From Lingula anatina (lineage: Eukaryota > Animalia > Brachiopoda): 64,000 nucleotides of DNA. Numbering within the stretch: position 1 is the first letter of the stretch; every line of letters begins with the position of its first letter. Positions 1-14,438 of this stretch are shown here, one piece after another. The translations under genes were made by a program, and so were the position numbers. Location: positions 22,382,001 to 22,446,000 of the forward strand of contig CM120642.1 of NCBI GenBank assembly GCA_051362555.1. Reading direction: 5' to 3'. The notes below the pieces were generated by a model, which had not been told where the DNA came from, ran no database searches, and saw only the letters and a program-made list of their open reading frames with translations.

Positions 1-235
1 TTTTTCGAAAAACGACACTACTTTCTGGTTGCTAGAATAGTTTTTTGAAAAACAACACTAGTTTCTGTTTGCCAGAATCATTTTTGAAAAATGACACTAG
101 TTTCTGGTTGCTAGAATCGTATTTTGAAAAACGAAACTGGTTTCTAGTTGCCAGGTTCGTTTTTGAAAAACGACACTAGTTTCTGGATGCCAGGTTCGTT
201 TTTGAAAAACGAAACTGGAAACTAGAATCTAGACA
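1..235. repeat. ~39-40 bp minisatellite, about 6 copies (TTTTTGAAAAACGACACTAGTTTCTGGTTGCCAGAATCG-like)
   Basis: Visible tandem periodicity, truncated by window edge. Confidence 0.85.
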
Positions 236-1679
236 CCAACTTCAGTGCTCTCATTTAAGATTCAATAATAATAATAATAATAATAATAAATAGATATGTG
301 CTTGGCACTTTAGATCAATCTCATTATATAAGATATTGATTACATGTACATTAAGAAGAGTTCATTGCACTCATGGCAAAGGTGGCCACAAAAAGCTATA
401 TTCGGCTGAGTGGATGACCTAGAGAGATTCAAATAAAGGATATTAGTGAATTAATAGCCTTGGCTTAAGTAGTTTTCTGCACAGTGCAAATTAAAATAAC
501 ATACATATGTGTCCCACCGAACCTGAACTATGGACGCGAAGTTTAGGGGTTTCATAAATCGTCAGATATGCATCTTCAATATTGTAAATTGATCTTGGGA
601 GTAAAACCCTCTTTACTGGACGACAGCCTTTTTGCGTCCTTTGTGCGACCATGAAACTTGCCAGGTTGTTGTTGGACGCTCAAAGAACACATGGGGATCG
701 CTTAGATATCTAATATTATTATTATTATTATTACCAAACTTGCAACCCGAGGGTTGGATAATTACAATCATTGCATCATAGTTGAATAAAACCATTAGTA
801 AGTAAGAATACAGGAATATTAAAAGACATACGTAAACAAATTTAAAACAAAATATCTAAAATGAAAGGCTAAAAAAAGAAATAAAGGTATATCAGTTAAT
901 TCTGAAACTTGTATATGGCACTTGTTAAAAAGTCACTCATTGATCGTTTAGTTTTAATTTTAGGTCTTTTGAATGTTTCCTGTTCCCTTAATGAATATTT
1001 GACTATTTGACATTTTATTTTGGTTGTAAAAGATAGTGCAGTCTATGATCCGGTTCATTTGATATACTAATAAACAATTTTTTGCATGCATTGAGCCGTC
1101 CTCACTCAGTAGTTCAAGTTTACTATGTTCACGAGCAGCGTCATATTCAAGATCAGGATAAATTTTATCTTAAGAGCTCTTTCTTGAGACTTTTCTACTA
1201 GGGCAGTCAATTCATTCGTTAACCCAAAGTGCCAGACAGGGGCAGCATATTCCAAAATTGGCCTTATGACCGTCTGGTAATAAGTTACAAAGTCATCAGT
1301 TGTAAGGCCTGCACGCTTAAGGTGCTGTAGGAAATAAATCCTTTTGCTTGCTTTTTTAGTGATTTTGTCTACATGTACCTTCCATGTGAGGTCATTAGCG
1401 ATATACACTCCAAGTAATTTAAATGATTCTACAAATTCAATTTCTGTTTTGTTAATCACAAACTTAGGGATATCTGCATTATTGCGTTTAAATGATATGG
1501 CCATTTGTTTGGTTTTTTCCTGTTTAATCGCATGTTGTTTGTCCTAGACCAGTCCAATGTTGAGTCAGCGATTTCCTGTAATTTGCTATCATCGAATTGT
1601 CTAAGGATCTCAGAAACTGTTGTGTCATCCATATACTTATGGCACAATAATTCACCAGGAGGTAGATGTAAATCGTATA

Positions 1680-3778
1680 TATTATATATTATAATAATAA
1701 TTTATTCAGTTTTTCAAGGCCTCCGGCCCATAGTACATAATAGTAATAATAATAATAAAAAATAATAATAATAATAGTTAAGTCCATGAGAAGCATTAAG
1801 GATTATTCATTTTTCTCAGTGATCCAAAATTTATTTTCTTAATATAAAAACATTAAATATATAAGCAGCTAGACTAGAGATTAAATTTGTGTTTTTTGTG
1901 GTCATTAATCTTAAAAAAACTTTCTTTAGTAGGGTTATTCACTTGCATATATTTTTCTCTTAATTCTGTATATGCTACACATGTCATTAAAAAATGGTAT
2001 TTGTCTTCAACATCATAAACATTATGTTTTTTTACAGATTAAACAGAGTCTATTGCATCTTTCTATACCTCTCCATCTACCGCTCTCAATATTTAGTAGA
2101 TGATTTGCGCATCTGAATCTTGCTAGTGAGGTTCTATGTTTTACATTTTTAACGCTTAATAAGTAACACGCCAGTGTTAACGTACTCTTAAATTATGAAT
2201 AAGTATCCAGTTTGCTGCTCCTACATATGTCACTGTGCCACATTTGGCCAGCATTATCTACTAATCTTTCTCTGAAAACTTTAATAAATAAAACAGAATT
2301 TCCCACACCATGAGCCTCCCAGACATATCCAAATCCATATCTGTATAACAGCGTTTTAACATCTGTGGCCCAAGTGTGCCTTCCACTTGAATCTAATTTA
2401 AATAGCATATCATAAACATGAGCAGGATAGCGATCTTCATTCATATATACAAGCTCTAACCAATATTTAATGCTATTTACCATATAATTGGTATACAATG
2501 GATATCTTCTGCATTCGCCTAGTACAGCTTCCGTCACAGTATTTGAACTAACACCTAATAAATATCTACAAAATTTTGCTTGGAAGATTTCAATACTTTC
2601 TACTGGTTTATAACCCCATATCTCAGCACCATAGAAAAAATGGGTGTTATCATTCTAACAAAAAGAAAGAAAGCTCCCTTAAAGGAAATACATGCTTGTT
2701 TTTTCAAGTATAACTTAACAACAAATAATGCTTTATTGGCTTGGTTGATTTGATGTTGGATAGTTTTACCCCAACCGAGGAAGGCACCAAAATATGTTCC
2801 TAAGTATTTATATGCAGGTACTGCTTCTAATTTTTTGCCCTTGAAGAAACAACTTTCATTTTTCTTTATTTTACCGCCTCTCCTAAATACTGCTATTTTT
2901 GTCTTTTGGACATTTACTAGCATACCATTTACTGGCTGCAATATTTTTCTAATTGATGAATTCGTTTCTGTAACCCCCCACAGTGTCTGAAATGCATACA
3001 ATGTCATCAGCATAAAGCAAAGACATGAGATTTGGAAACACCTCATTTATGTAAATACCCTGACATCCAGCCTTGTTCAAACTATGATGAAATTCATTTA
3101 TGAATAATGTAAATAGAAAAAGACTTAACATGCATCCTTGTCGAGTGCCCATGTTACATTAAAAATACTCAGTAAGGCCTAATTTTGTTAGAACACATGA
3201 TTGCAGTTGGGAATACATAGAGCGTAAAACTGTGACGACATGTCCATTTACACGTTTTTTTGCAAGTACATACCATAATAATTTGTGTTGAACACTATCG
3301 AAAGCGGCTGAGAAATCTATAAAAATACAGTAGCATCTGTCTTTTCTTCGACCTAAGTATTTTTGTACGCAACCCTGCAATGAAAAAATGTGATCGACAG
3401 TGGAGTAACCAATTTTATAGGCGGCCTGAGCTTCAATCGTTGTATTATTTTCCACTGCCCAATTATTAAATCTGTTACTCAAAATTTTTATAAATATTTT
3501 TCCCATGACATTCAAAAGCGCAGTTCCTCTATAAATTGTTGCCACCTTTACATTTCTTTTTTTGAGCAATGGGTACAGAATGGCATTGAACCAGCTAGAG
3601 GGAAATTTTCCACTCATTAATACAGTATTATAAAGATTTAACAACAATGGTGATAAATGGTTGAAGCCATATTTAAACATTTCAATCACTAATCCATCTG
3701 GACCTGGATATTTTCCATTTTTCATGGTGCGTACAACATTTGATAGTTCATCCAAAGTGAATGGCTCATTTAGAGTAT
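1680..3778 (-). mobile_element. 5'-truncated RTE-X-like LINE with (ATT)n tail and 13-bp TSD
   Basis: Frameshifted RT (GPDG, FIDFSAAFD, RQGCMLS, YADD), C-terminal VLGECRRYP/IKYW; TGTAAATCGTATA duplicated at 1667-1679 and 3779-3791. Confidence 0.85.
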
Positions 3779-4140
3779 TGTAAATCGTATACCATCAGGA
3801 CAAAGAGCAACGGGCCCAGCCATGATCCTTGAGGCACCGAGCCATTTATGCACTGCCAGTCCGATCAGACTTGACCAAGTTTGACTCGCTGTTGTCTTTT
3901 AGTGAGGAAAGCGGCAATCCAGCGAACAGTCACATTATGTAAGCTCATGGTTTTTAGTTTATTGATGAGCAGGGAATGATCAACGTGATCGAAAGCTTTG
4001 GAATAATCAATCAACAGAACTCTAACGTTGCCAGCTTCAGTTGCCATAAACCAGTGGTGCATGATATCTATCAAAGCATGAGTTGTTCCAGATCTTTTGA
4101 CCCCACCAAACTGAAACTTGTCCAATAATGGTTCCACAGT

Positions 4141-4720
4141 TTCAAGTGTCCATTCACCTACAATGGACTATGGAAATAAAATCAAGGATTGCTCAAGCAA
4201 AGGCAGCTTTTCAAAAAATGAAATCAGTTTTAACCAACAAACATCTATCAATTATCACAAGAAAGAAAGTTTTACAATGTTACATCGAACCTATTCTTAT
4301 GTATGGATTTGAAGCTTGGACCTTAAGTAAGCAAATGAAGAAGAAAATCGAAGCATCCAAAATGTGGTTTTACAGACGGATGATGCGCATACCTTGGACT
4401 GATAGAAAAACAAAAACAAATGTGTTGAAAGATGCAGACGCCAAAAGATCGCTCTTTAATAAAATTAGAAAACGACAAGCAAAATTTTTCGGCCACATTA
4501 TGAGGAATGGGGGTCTTGAGCATCTGACCACTACAGCCTAAAACAATGGGAAAAAAAGCCGCGGAAGACAACGGGAAAAAATCACAGACGGTCTGGTATC
4601 CTGGATGGAACTGGAGACGAGAGTTGACTTGCTGAGAGCCACTCGGGACCGAGATGTGTGGAGAGACATGATCGCCAACGCTTAACAGCAGGGCACTGAA
4701 TGATGATGATGATGATGATG
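4141..4720 (+). mobile_element. RTE-BovB-like LINE 3' fragment with (TGA)n tail
   Basis: EIKSRIAQAKAAF..ILMYGFEAWTL..WFYRRMMRIPW..KFFGHIMR; ends in tgatgatgatg. Confidence 0.85.
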
Positions 4721-4871
4721 CTTGCCTAGCACTGGCATCAAGGAGATGGGCCTGAGATCGTCCTCAACTGATTTAGGGGGTGGACTTTTGGTATGGGGAC
4801 ATCAGCTGATCGCCACACTTCCTCAGTGAAGTGTTATATATGGCACATATTGGTTTTGCTAAAAAAAAAAA

Positions 4872-5384
4872 AACAAGGCAGCAAAGCTGCCAAATGTACA
4901 GACAAAAAACAGGAAATAACTATGCACAAAATAGGCTACTGTCAATTCTGATGCAAAAGTACATTATGTTGAACTGCAAATTCAACATTAAATTTTAATT
5001 ATGCTCAACAGGTAATACCAATGTAAGTAAAATGTGTAACAAGCATAAGGCTTCAGGCCCATGGGAGTTCAAGTTCACACTTTGAAATTGTATAACTTCC
5101 AGAAAAAGAAGCCAATTAGACTACTTTTCCAACTCAGGCTGCATTTTAGCCCTGTATTTCTTTTTTGAAAGTTTGGCAGTCATAAATAACATGGTTTTCC
5201 CATAATGGTCATCATGGCAGCAGCACCCAAAATTGTGTTTTCTTCTATTCTGATGCAATATTACATAATGGTTAACAGCATAAAGACTGTCAACTTTTGA
5301 AAATAAAATAAACGTATCATGGATTTTCAGAAAATGCGACTAGCACAGGTCTTCAAGCATATCTTGTGAAAAATTAAATTTTCA

Positions 5385-5422
<38 letters not shown>

Positions 5423-8400
5423 GTTTAACTGGCAGTAAGAATTACCAAACAGACTGCATTGCCTACTGAAGCTGTATTTTAGTCGCATGTTTCTTTCCTG
5501 CAAGTTTGAGAACAGTAAGTGACCATGTTTTTCTTAAATGGTCATCATGGGAGCAGTGCCCAAAATAGTTTTTTTGATGCAATATTACATAACGTTTAAC
5601 AGCATAATGACCATCAATTTTTAATAATAAAATATTAGTATCATGGATATTCAGAAAATGTGATATGGGAAGGTCTTCAGGCCCATGGAACTTCAAAGTC
5701 ACAACTTGAAAATGCCAAAATGTAAACAAGACAGCACTGTTCTAAAATGTTTTTTTTTAACATAAAACAAAATTAACAGTTTACTGCCATTTTTATATGA
5801 TCAACTAAGAAAAATATCAATAGAGCAGTGTTAAATAGCCAATTTCTTCCATTCTGAGATTCTGAACATAGTGAATGATTGAATCTGACAAACTGCTATG
5901 ACATGAGTTTATTTCCACTTTTGAAACTTTATTACACAATACACAATAATAAGTTTACCATTATTTTTACAAAATCAACTAACAATGTTGTAAAGATGCA
6001 GGAAATGTCAAACAAACACTTTTACGTATCTTATTAGTTAACTAATGAGACTGTTAACATGCCTAAGAATTGAATGTGAGGAAATATGAAAAAACAGCAT
6101 AACTTCTAAAATAATGGCCCGATTATGCTGATTTTCGAACTCAACCTGTGTTTTAGCAGCATTGACCACTCCTGTGAGTTTAATGGCAATTGGCAATCTG
6201 TTTTCCTTATATTGTGTTTTTAGTGTTGCATATATGCTGAAAAGTGGGGAAAAAAGCATAACTACTAAAATAGTGGCCCGATCATGCCGCTTTTCGAACT
6301 TGACCTCAATTTAGTGAGATCCATTACCCCAGCGAGTTTCATGACAACAGGCCTATCGTTTTTTTTCTTGAAATGTGTTTACAGTGTTGCATATATGCTG
6401 AAAAGTGAAAACATCTTAAAAATGCCAGTTTGAAAAATTAAAAATTAAAGAAAAAATTACAAAAATATTCCACTAAAGCTGCCATTCAGTCTAGGTGCAT
6501 AACCATGATATGAATCATCCAACTTGAGTTTAAACAGTGTAAACAACTCGCAGAAATATAATATATTTTGTTTTACTACAAAAAGGGCAGTCATAGCTAT
6601 TATTCTGATATCTGAACTTTTCATCAGACCATGTGACATCCATAGATGGCTATACTTTGTAACAATATCTTAAGAGATTATAACAAAAAAAAAAAAAAAA
6701 AAAAAAAAAACACTTTTTACAAAGAAAATTAATTATTTGCCAAAAAGAACAGTCAAGTTGCAAATATTGCACAACAGGTAGTATCAATAAAAGTTAAATG
6801 TTACATGTCCTTGGGTGTTATAAGTCCCACAATGAAAATTCCAGTATGTGAAAGATAAAATTTCACAAAATGTACAACAGAATAACATGGTTAATAAGAT
6901 TACAGTTTCAGGACCATATGTGAGAGTTCAAATTCACATAATGAAAATCCCAATATGTGAAAAAAGATGACAGTGCATAAAATAATATAATTACACAATG
7001 TTTAAAGGCATAAAAACCAACACAACTCCTTATGTGGAAAAACAGAAAATGCAGAGTGCTTCTGGTGGATGGGAGTTGAAAGTGATATCTTGAAGATGCT
7101 AGTGTTTGAAAAATAATTAAAAGAAAATGTAAAATAAAACAAAACAAAAAATTCCAATAAAGCTGCTATTCAAACTTTAAATCTAGCTGTCTAATTACTA
7201 ACATGACTAACATTTACCTGCACAATAATCATTGATTCCTAATTATGTGACACAGTTAAGAGAGATATACCCAGGGGACTTTACAATGAAATCTCATCGT
7301 GTGTTTTATGTAATCTCATTTAATGGCCACTTGAAAAATTATTAAGCAAATTACTTTATGAACGTGTGTTTTATGTAATCTCATTTAATGGCCACTTGAA
7401 AATTAATTAAGCAAATTAGTTTGTGACCCTGAATTAATATACTGCCATATACATTTATTGCACCATAGTTCACTCTATAGAACTGCATTGCTTCCAAAAC
7501 AGAAAACAATCACACTGGTTTTCCAACACAAGCTGCACTTCAGTCTTATGAAACTTTTCAGTAAATTTGAGTATCATAAGTAACATGGTTTTCCCTTAAT
7601 CGCTATCCTGGCAGCAGTGTCCAAAATACAGGTTTCTTCAACTTTCATGCAATATAACACAATACTTAACAGCATAATGACCATCAATTTTTTATACAAA
7701 CAAGGCAGCAAAGCTGTCAAATGTACAGACAAAAAGCAGGAAATAACAAAATAGGCTACTGTCAATTCTGATGCAAAAGTACATTATGTTAAACTGCAAA
7801 TTCAACATCAAATTTTAATTATGCTCAACAGGTAATACCAATGTAAGTAAAATGTGAAACAAGCATAAGGCTTCAGGCCCATGGGAGTTCAAGTTCACAC
7901 TTTGAAAATGTAAAACTTCCAGAAAAAGAAGTCAATTAGACTGCTTTTCCAACTCAGGCTGCATTTTAGTCCTGTATTTCTTTTTTGAAAGTTTGGCAAT
8001 CATAAGTAACATGGTTTTCCCATAATGGTCATCATGGCAGCAGCACCCAAAATTGTGTTTTCTTCTATTCTGATGCAATATTACATAATGGTTAACAGCA
8101 TAATGACAATCAATTTTTAATAACAAAATATATGTATCATGGATTTTCAGAAAATGTGACTAGCCTGGGTCTTCAAGCCTGTGGAACTTAAAAGTCACAC
8201 CTTGAAAATGCCAATATGTGAAAAATTAAATTTTCACAAAAAACTGTTTATCTGGCAGATTGCATTGCCTACTGCAGCTGTATTTTAGTCCCATGTTTCT
8301 TTCCTGTAAGTTTGAGAACAGTAAGTGACATGGTTTTTCTTAAAAGGTAATCATGGGAGCAGTGCCCAAAATAGGTTTTTTCAAATTTTGATGCAATATT

Positions 8401-11400
8401 ACATAATGTTTAACAGCATAATGACCATCAATTTTTAATAATAAAATATTAGTATCATGGATATTCAGAAAATGTGACTAGCAAAGGTCTTCAGGCCCAT
8501 GGAACTTCAAAGTCACAACTTGAAAATGCCAAAATGTAAACAAGACAGCACTGTTCTGAAATGTTTTTTTCCCCATTTTTAACAATTTTTAACATAAAAC
8601 AAAATTAACAGTTTGCTGCCATTTTTATATGATCAACTAAGAAAATTGATGAGATGAGAAAAGTATCAATAGAGCAGTGTTAAATGTCCAATTTCTTCCA
8701 TTCTGAGATTCTGAACATAGTGAATGATTGAATCTGACAAATTGCAATGATACGAGTTTATTTCCATTTTTGAAACTTTATTACACAATACACGATAACA
8801 TGTTTACCATCATTTTTACAAAATCAACTAACAATGTTGTAAAGATGCAGGAAATGTCAAACAAACACTTTCACGTATCTTATTAGTTTAATAATGAGAC
8901 TGTTAACATGCCTAAAAACTGAATCTGAGGAAATGTGAAAAAACAGCATACCTTCTACAATAATGGCACGATTATGCTGATTTACGAACTCAACCTGCAT
9001 TTTAGTAAAATTGACCACTCCTGTGACTTTCATGACAATTGGCCCATCTGTTTTTCTTATATTGTGTTTACAGTGTTGCATGTATGCTGAAAAGCGAAAA
9101 AACAGCATAACTAGTAAAATAGTGCCCCGATCATGCCGATTTTCGAACTTGATCTGCGTTTTAGTAAGACTGATTACTCCTGTGAGTTTCATGACAACAG
9201 GCCTATCGGTTTTCCTTGAAATGTGTTAACAGTGTTGCATATATGCTAAAAAGTGAAAAAACAGCATAAATTCTACAATAATGGCCCGATCATGCTGAAT
9301 TTCGAACTTGACCCGCGTTTTATGAATATTAGTCAGCTCTGTAAATATAAAGCCAAAAAGTAAAACTGTCTTCCACTTATGGTGTTAACACTGAAAGTGC
9401 ACGGCGACGGCGACAGCGACGGCGACATGATCGGCGACGGCGACGACAGACGCAGGTGATGGCAATATGTACAGACACATCTGTGTCTGTACATAAAAAT
9501 AAAAGTATCATGGATATTCAGAAAATGTGATATGGGAAGGTCTTCAAGACCATGGAAGTTCAAAGTTCAAAGTTCAAAATGCCAAAATGTAAACAAGAGA
9601 TAACTGTACTGAAATGATTTTCTTTCCATTTTCAACACCTTTTTACATAAAACAAAATAATCAATTTACTGTCATTTTTAAATGATCATCTAGGAAAATT
9701 GTCGACATAGGAAAAATATCAATAGAACAATTTTAAATGTCTAATTTACTCCATTTGCAGATTCTGAACATAGTGAATGACTGGATCTGACAAACTGCAA
9801 TGATGAGTTCCTTTCCATTTTTGATACTTTATTACACAATGCATGATAACAGGTTTACCATCATTTTTATATAATCAACTAACAATATTGTTAAGAAGCA
9901 GAAAATGTCAAAACAACACTTTTACATATCTAATTAGTTCCATATTGAGACTGTTAACATGCCTTAGAATTAAATCTGAAGAAAAAAAAACACTTATATA
10001 CAAAAAGGCTAATAACTTCATCAAAACTTAACTGATCAAGCTTATTTTCAAACTTGATCTGTATACTAGTCAGACTAATCACTGCTGTGAGTTGCAAGAC
10101 AAAAGGCTGATTGGTTTTCCTTAAAATGTGTTATCAGTGTTGCATATATGCTGAATAAGGAAAAAAACAGCATAACAGTTGTAAATATAGTCCAATCAAG
10201 CCAATTTTCAAACTTGAAATGTGTATTATGAATATTCATCAGTTTCAATCCAAAAAGAAAAACATTTTTACACTGATCCTGTTTTCCGTGTTACAAAAAT
10301 GCTGAAAAATTTGAAAAAAAAACCCCATCATAACTTCCCTAAAATTGGCCGGATCATGCTGAATTTCAAACTTAACCTGCGTATTATAAATATTAATCAG
10401 TTTTGTAAGTTTCAAGCCAAAAAGTAAAACGGTATTTTACTTATCATGTTATCGGTGCTACATAAATGCTGAAAAAAGTGAAACAAGACAGCACTGTTCT
10501 GAAATGGGTTTATTACCATTTTTAAGACTTTTTAAACATAAAACAAAATAAACAGTGCCATTTTTATATGACCAACTAAGAAAATTGATGAGATGGGAAA
10601 ATATCAATAAGACAGTGTTATATGTCCAATTTCCTCCATTATGAGATTCTGAACATAGTGGATGATTGAATCTGACAAACTGCAATGATATGTGTTTATT
10701 TCCATTTTTGACACTTTATTACACAATACACGATAACAGGTTTACTATCATTTTTACAAAATCAACTAACAATGTTGTAAAGATGCAGGAAATGCCAAAC
10801 AAACACTTTTACGTATCTTATTAGTTAAATAATGAGACTGTTAACATGCCTAAGAATTGAATGTGAGGAAATGTGAAAAAACAGCATAACTTCTAAAATA
10901 ATGGACCGATTATGCTGATTTTCCAACTCAACCTTCATTTTAATAAGATTGGCCACTCCTATGAGTATTATGACAATTGGCCTATCTGTTTTTCACTTAT
11001 CGTGTTATCAGTGTTGCATATATGCTGAAAAAAGTGAAAAAAACAGCTTAACTTCCATAAAAGTGGTCCAATCATGCTGATTTTCAAACTCGACCTGTGT
11101 ATTATGAATATTTATCAGTTCTGTAAGTTTCAAGCCAAAGGGTAAAACAGCTTTTCATTTATTGTGTTATCGGTGTTGCAAAAATGCTGAAAAAAAGTGA
11201 AAAAATAGCCTAAATTCAGTAAAAATGACCCAATCATGCTGATTTTCAAACTTGACCTGCGTATTATGAATATTCATCAGTTCGGTAAGTTTCAAGCCAA
11301 AAGGTAAAATGGTTTTCCATTTATGGTGTTATCGGTGCTGTATATATGCTGAAAAAAGAGAAAAAATAGCTTAAATTTACTAAAAATGACCCAATCACGC

Positions 11401-11760
11401 TAATTTTCGAACTTGACCTGCATATTATGAATATTCATCAGTTCTGTAAGTTTCAAGCCAAAAGGTAAAATGGTATTCCATTTATGGTGTTATCGGTGCT
11501 GCATATATGCTGAAAAAAGTGAAAAAACAGCATAAATTCCCTATAAGTGACCCGATCATGCTGATTTTCGAACTTGACCTGCGTATTATGAATATTCATC
11601 AGTTCTGTAAGTTTCAAGCCAAAAGAAAAAATATTTTTCCACTTATCGTGTTATCGGTAAAAGTGCACGGCGACGACGGCAACGACGTCGACGACGGCGA
11701 CGGCGACGACAGACGCAGATGACGGCTATATGTACAGACACATCTGTGTCTGTACATAAA
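4872..11760 (-). mobile_element. Composite/tandem array of HINE family B (Helentron-associated non-autonomous) units with ~160-bp internal satellite
   Basis: 5' subTIR hairpin TGTACAGACAC-ATCT-GTGTCTGTACA (9468-9493, 11731-11756), (GAC/GGC)n microsatellite, 3' stem-loop GGCAGC-AAA-GCTGCC next to a subTIR (4877-4903, 7703-7730); inserted in a T-run of the LINE without TSD. Confidence 0.8.
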
Positions 11761-12580
11761 AAGGTGCGAAATCGCGTAAAAGCCAGTTAGGTATTTCATC
11801 CGGGCCACTGGCTTTGTGCTCATAAGTTTTTTCTCCACTTGTGCTACTGAGATGATGTATTTGTCAGGGATATGTTCAGGAGGAGGAGGTATGATACTAC
11901 TATCCAACAGGTTTAAGTCAGCAGATACAGACTGAAAGAAACCATTGATATATTCAGCTAAAGCATGGAGACTGCCATTAAATTTGTCATTGGCTAATCC
12001 CTGAAGATTGTTTGAGTGTGCGTGCAGACCAATCATCTGCTTTGTAGCTTGCCACCATTTTCTTGATTCACCAGATTTAACCTGTTTCACTTTGCTTTTG
12101 TAGTGCTTTCCTTTTAGGTTTCCTGACATTCTGTTTACTTTGTTTCGGTATATTTTGTATTGTTCATGGTCACCGGATTGCCAAGCTTTGGACTTCATTC
12201 TGATGGTATTTCGGAAGTCATCATTAACCCATGGTTTATCATTGGAGTGTCTAGTGACTTTGCATCGCACACAGAATGTTCAAGCATCGTTTATTGGTCT
12301 AGCAGGAGGCAGAAAGATCTTAGAATGATAGCCAATGAACGTCAATATGAATAAGGTCGGAGGCAGATCGTCAGCGATTCGAGAGAGACAAGAAGGCAAT
12401 TTCCACATTTGTTCAAGGGCCGCATTAGTGGAAGATCGTCAGAGGGAAACAAGGTGGTTTGGTTGCGTTCATCAGCAACTGAGTGAAATATACATGTATA
12501 TAATTTATGTTAATGTCACATGGCTGAGATGGTTACAACTGACTACTGAATGGTAATTTTGCATTAAAATCCACGTGCTC

Positions 12581-13578
12581 TAGCAGTTCAGACTGCCACA
12601 AAAAAAAAAAAAAATAATAATAAATAAAAAAAAAATAATAATAATAAAAAAAAAAAATAATAATAAAAAAATAAAAAAAAAACTGCCAAAATAAGTCCGT
12701 AATTGAATTTTTTATGTATTTTTATATTATTTTAAATTATTTTTTATACCCCCCTTTCTTTGAAAATTATTCTTTCTCTTTTTCATTTACATTTTTTTTA
12801 TTTTTGAATGTCAAAAAAGCTATTAATGATAGGTAAGGATAGTGGCCAATGAAAAATCCAAATGAACAGAAAAATCGAAGGCGTTAAAAGTTTTAATTAG
12901 ACTAATTATACCAGTAATAGACTGATTTTACTTCTATACTTCATCCTCTGCTGTATGCGTTGGCGGCCATTTTGGTTTATCCATACCAGAAACGTGCTAG
13001 TACGCAGTCAATTATGCTACTGTTTTTCTGACAGGAAATAGGTTCACAAGAGCCACAAATAAAGTATATGTCGACTTTTGGTTGTTTTTCTATTTTCCCT
13101 CAAAAATTGACGGCCATATTGAAAATGCTCAAAGTCTTGGAAGTAGACACCAAGCTAACTTAACCTTTCTAGCCCTAAAGAATGGATTTCTGTAATGGAT
13201 GTTTACAGGAAAGATGATTGCAGGGTTCGACTATTTAGTATATGGGAGTCAGTAGATATTCGCATGTATTGTGCTATATCACCCAGTGACATCATCATGA
13301 CGTCATTATAACTGTTATAGATGTGCACAGTAAGTGTATGTTTCTCAGATTTATTCATATTATTATAATTAACGCCGGTAGTGCTCGTTTAAGGGAATTT
13401 TGGATGTACGTAAAAATGCTGAATCAGCATATTTTAAGAAAGCTGCTCATCCGGGTACTTGTGAATTTTGGAATTGCCCCCCGATCCAAAATTGACAAAC
13501 ACCCAATGATCATTCATCGTGGAAAGTTTCATGCTTTTATCAACTTTTGCACAATTTTTTGGCTTAGCCGCCTAACTA
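12581..13578. mobile_element. Non-autonomous TAG...CTA DNA element (hATm-like)
   Basis: Ends TAG/CTA; flanks ACGTGCTC and ACGTGGAC form a degenerate 8-bp TSD. Confidence 0.5.
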
Positions 13579-13636
13579 ACGTGGACGCAGATGCAAATGA
13601 TTTTCTTGTACTTTTATCAGCTTTTGGCTTTCAGCA

Positions 13637-14438
13637 TTTTTATGTACAGACACAGTATCTGTCGTCGCAGTGCACTTTCAGCGTAAACACGATAAGTGAA
13701 AGATAGTTTTACCTTTTGGCTTTATATTTACAGAGCTGATGAATATTCATAAAATGCAGGTCAAGTTTGAAAATCTGCATGATCGGGCCATTATTTTAGA
13801 AGTTATGCTGTTTTCTCACTTTTCATCATATATGCAACACTGTAAACACATTTCAAAGAAAACCAATAGGCTTATTGACATGAAACTCACAGGAGTGCTT
13901 AATCTTACTAAAATACAGGTCGAATTCGAAAATAAGCTTGATTGGTTTAGTTTTGATACAGTTATGCCTCGTTTTGTTTATAAGTGCTTTTACCTCAGAC
14001 TCAATTCTTAGGCATGTTTACAGTCTCATTATTGAACTAATTAGATACGTATAACTGTTCTATTGACAAATGTTTCATCTTTACAATATTGTTACTTGAT
14101 AACATAAAAATGGTGTTAAACCTGTATTAATCTATTGTGTAATTAAAAGTCAAAAATGGAAAAAAAGCAAATCATTGCAGTTTGTCAGATTTAATCATTT
14201 ACTATGTTCAGAATCTCAGAATGGAGCAAATTGAACATTTAACATTGTTCTATTGGTATTTTCTACATCTCAACAATTTTCTTAGTTGATCATTAAAAAA
14301 GTACAGTAAATTGTTTTATTTAAAAAAGTGTTAAAATGGAAATAAACCCATTTCAGTTGAGTTCTGTCTTGTAGCATATTTTGTGCATTGTTATTTTCTG
14401 CTTTTTGTCTGTACATTTGACAGCTTTGCTGCCTTGTT
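13637..14438 (+). mobile_element. HINE family B copy, the only one in plus orientation
   Basis: Begins TTTTTATGTACAGACAC, ends TGTCTGTACATTTGACAGCTTTGCTGCCTTGTT. Confidence 0.8.

Larger units (their letters stand above)
880..12270 (-). mobile_element. Single degraded L2/CR1-group LINE ORF2 split into four pieces (approx. 880-1679, 3779-4140, 4721-4860, 11761-12270)
   Basis: Pieces translate colinearly: KPWVN..KWWQ; GPDEIPNWLLRDFAPF|LAKPICAIYN..DLRPISL; QFGG..TTHALI..DYSKAFD..VPQGSWLGP; KYMDD..FKLLGV..IRPILEYAAPVWH. Confidence 0.85.

Noticed and set aside
11614-12270. 218-aa ORF as a host gene
   Set aside because: It is a chimera of LINE ORF2 and a HINE-B end.
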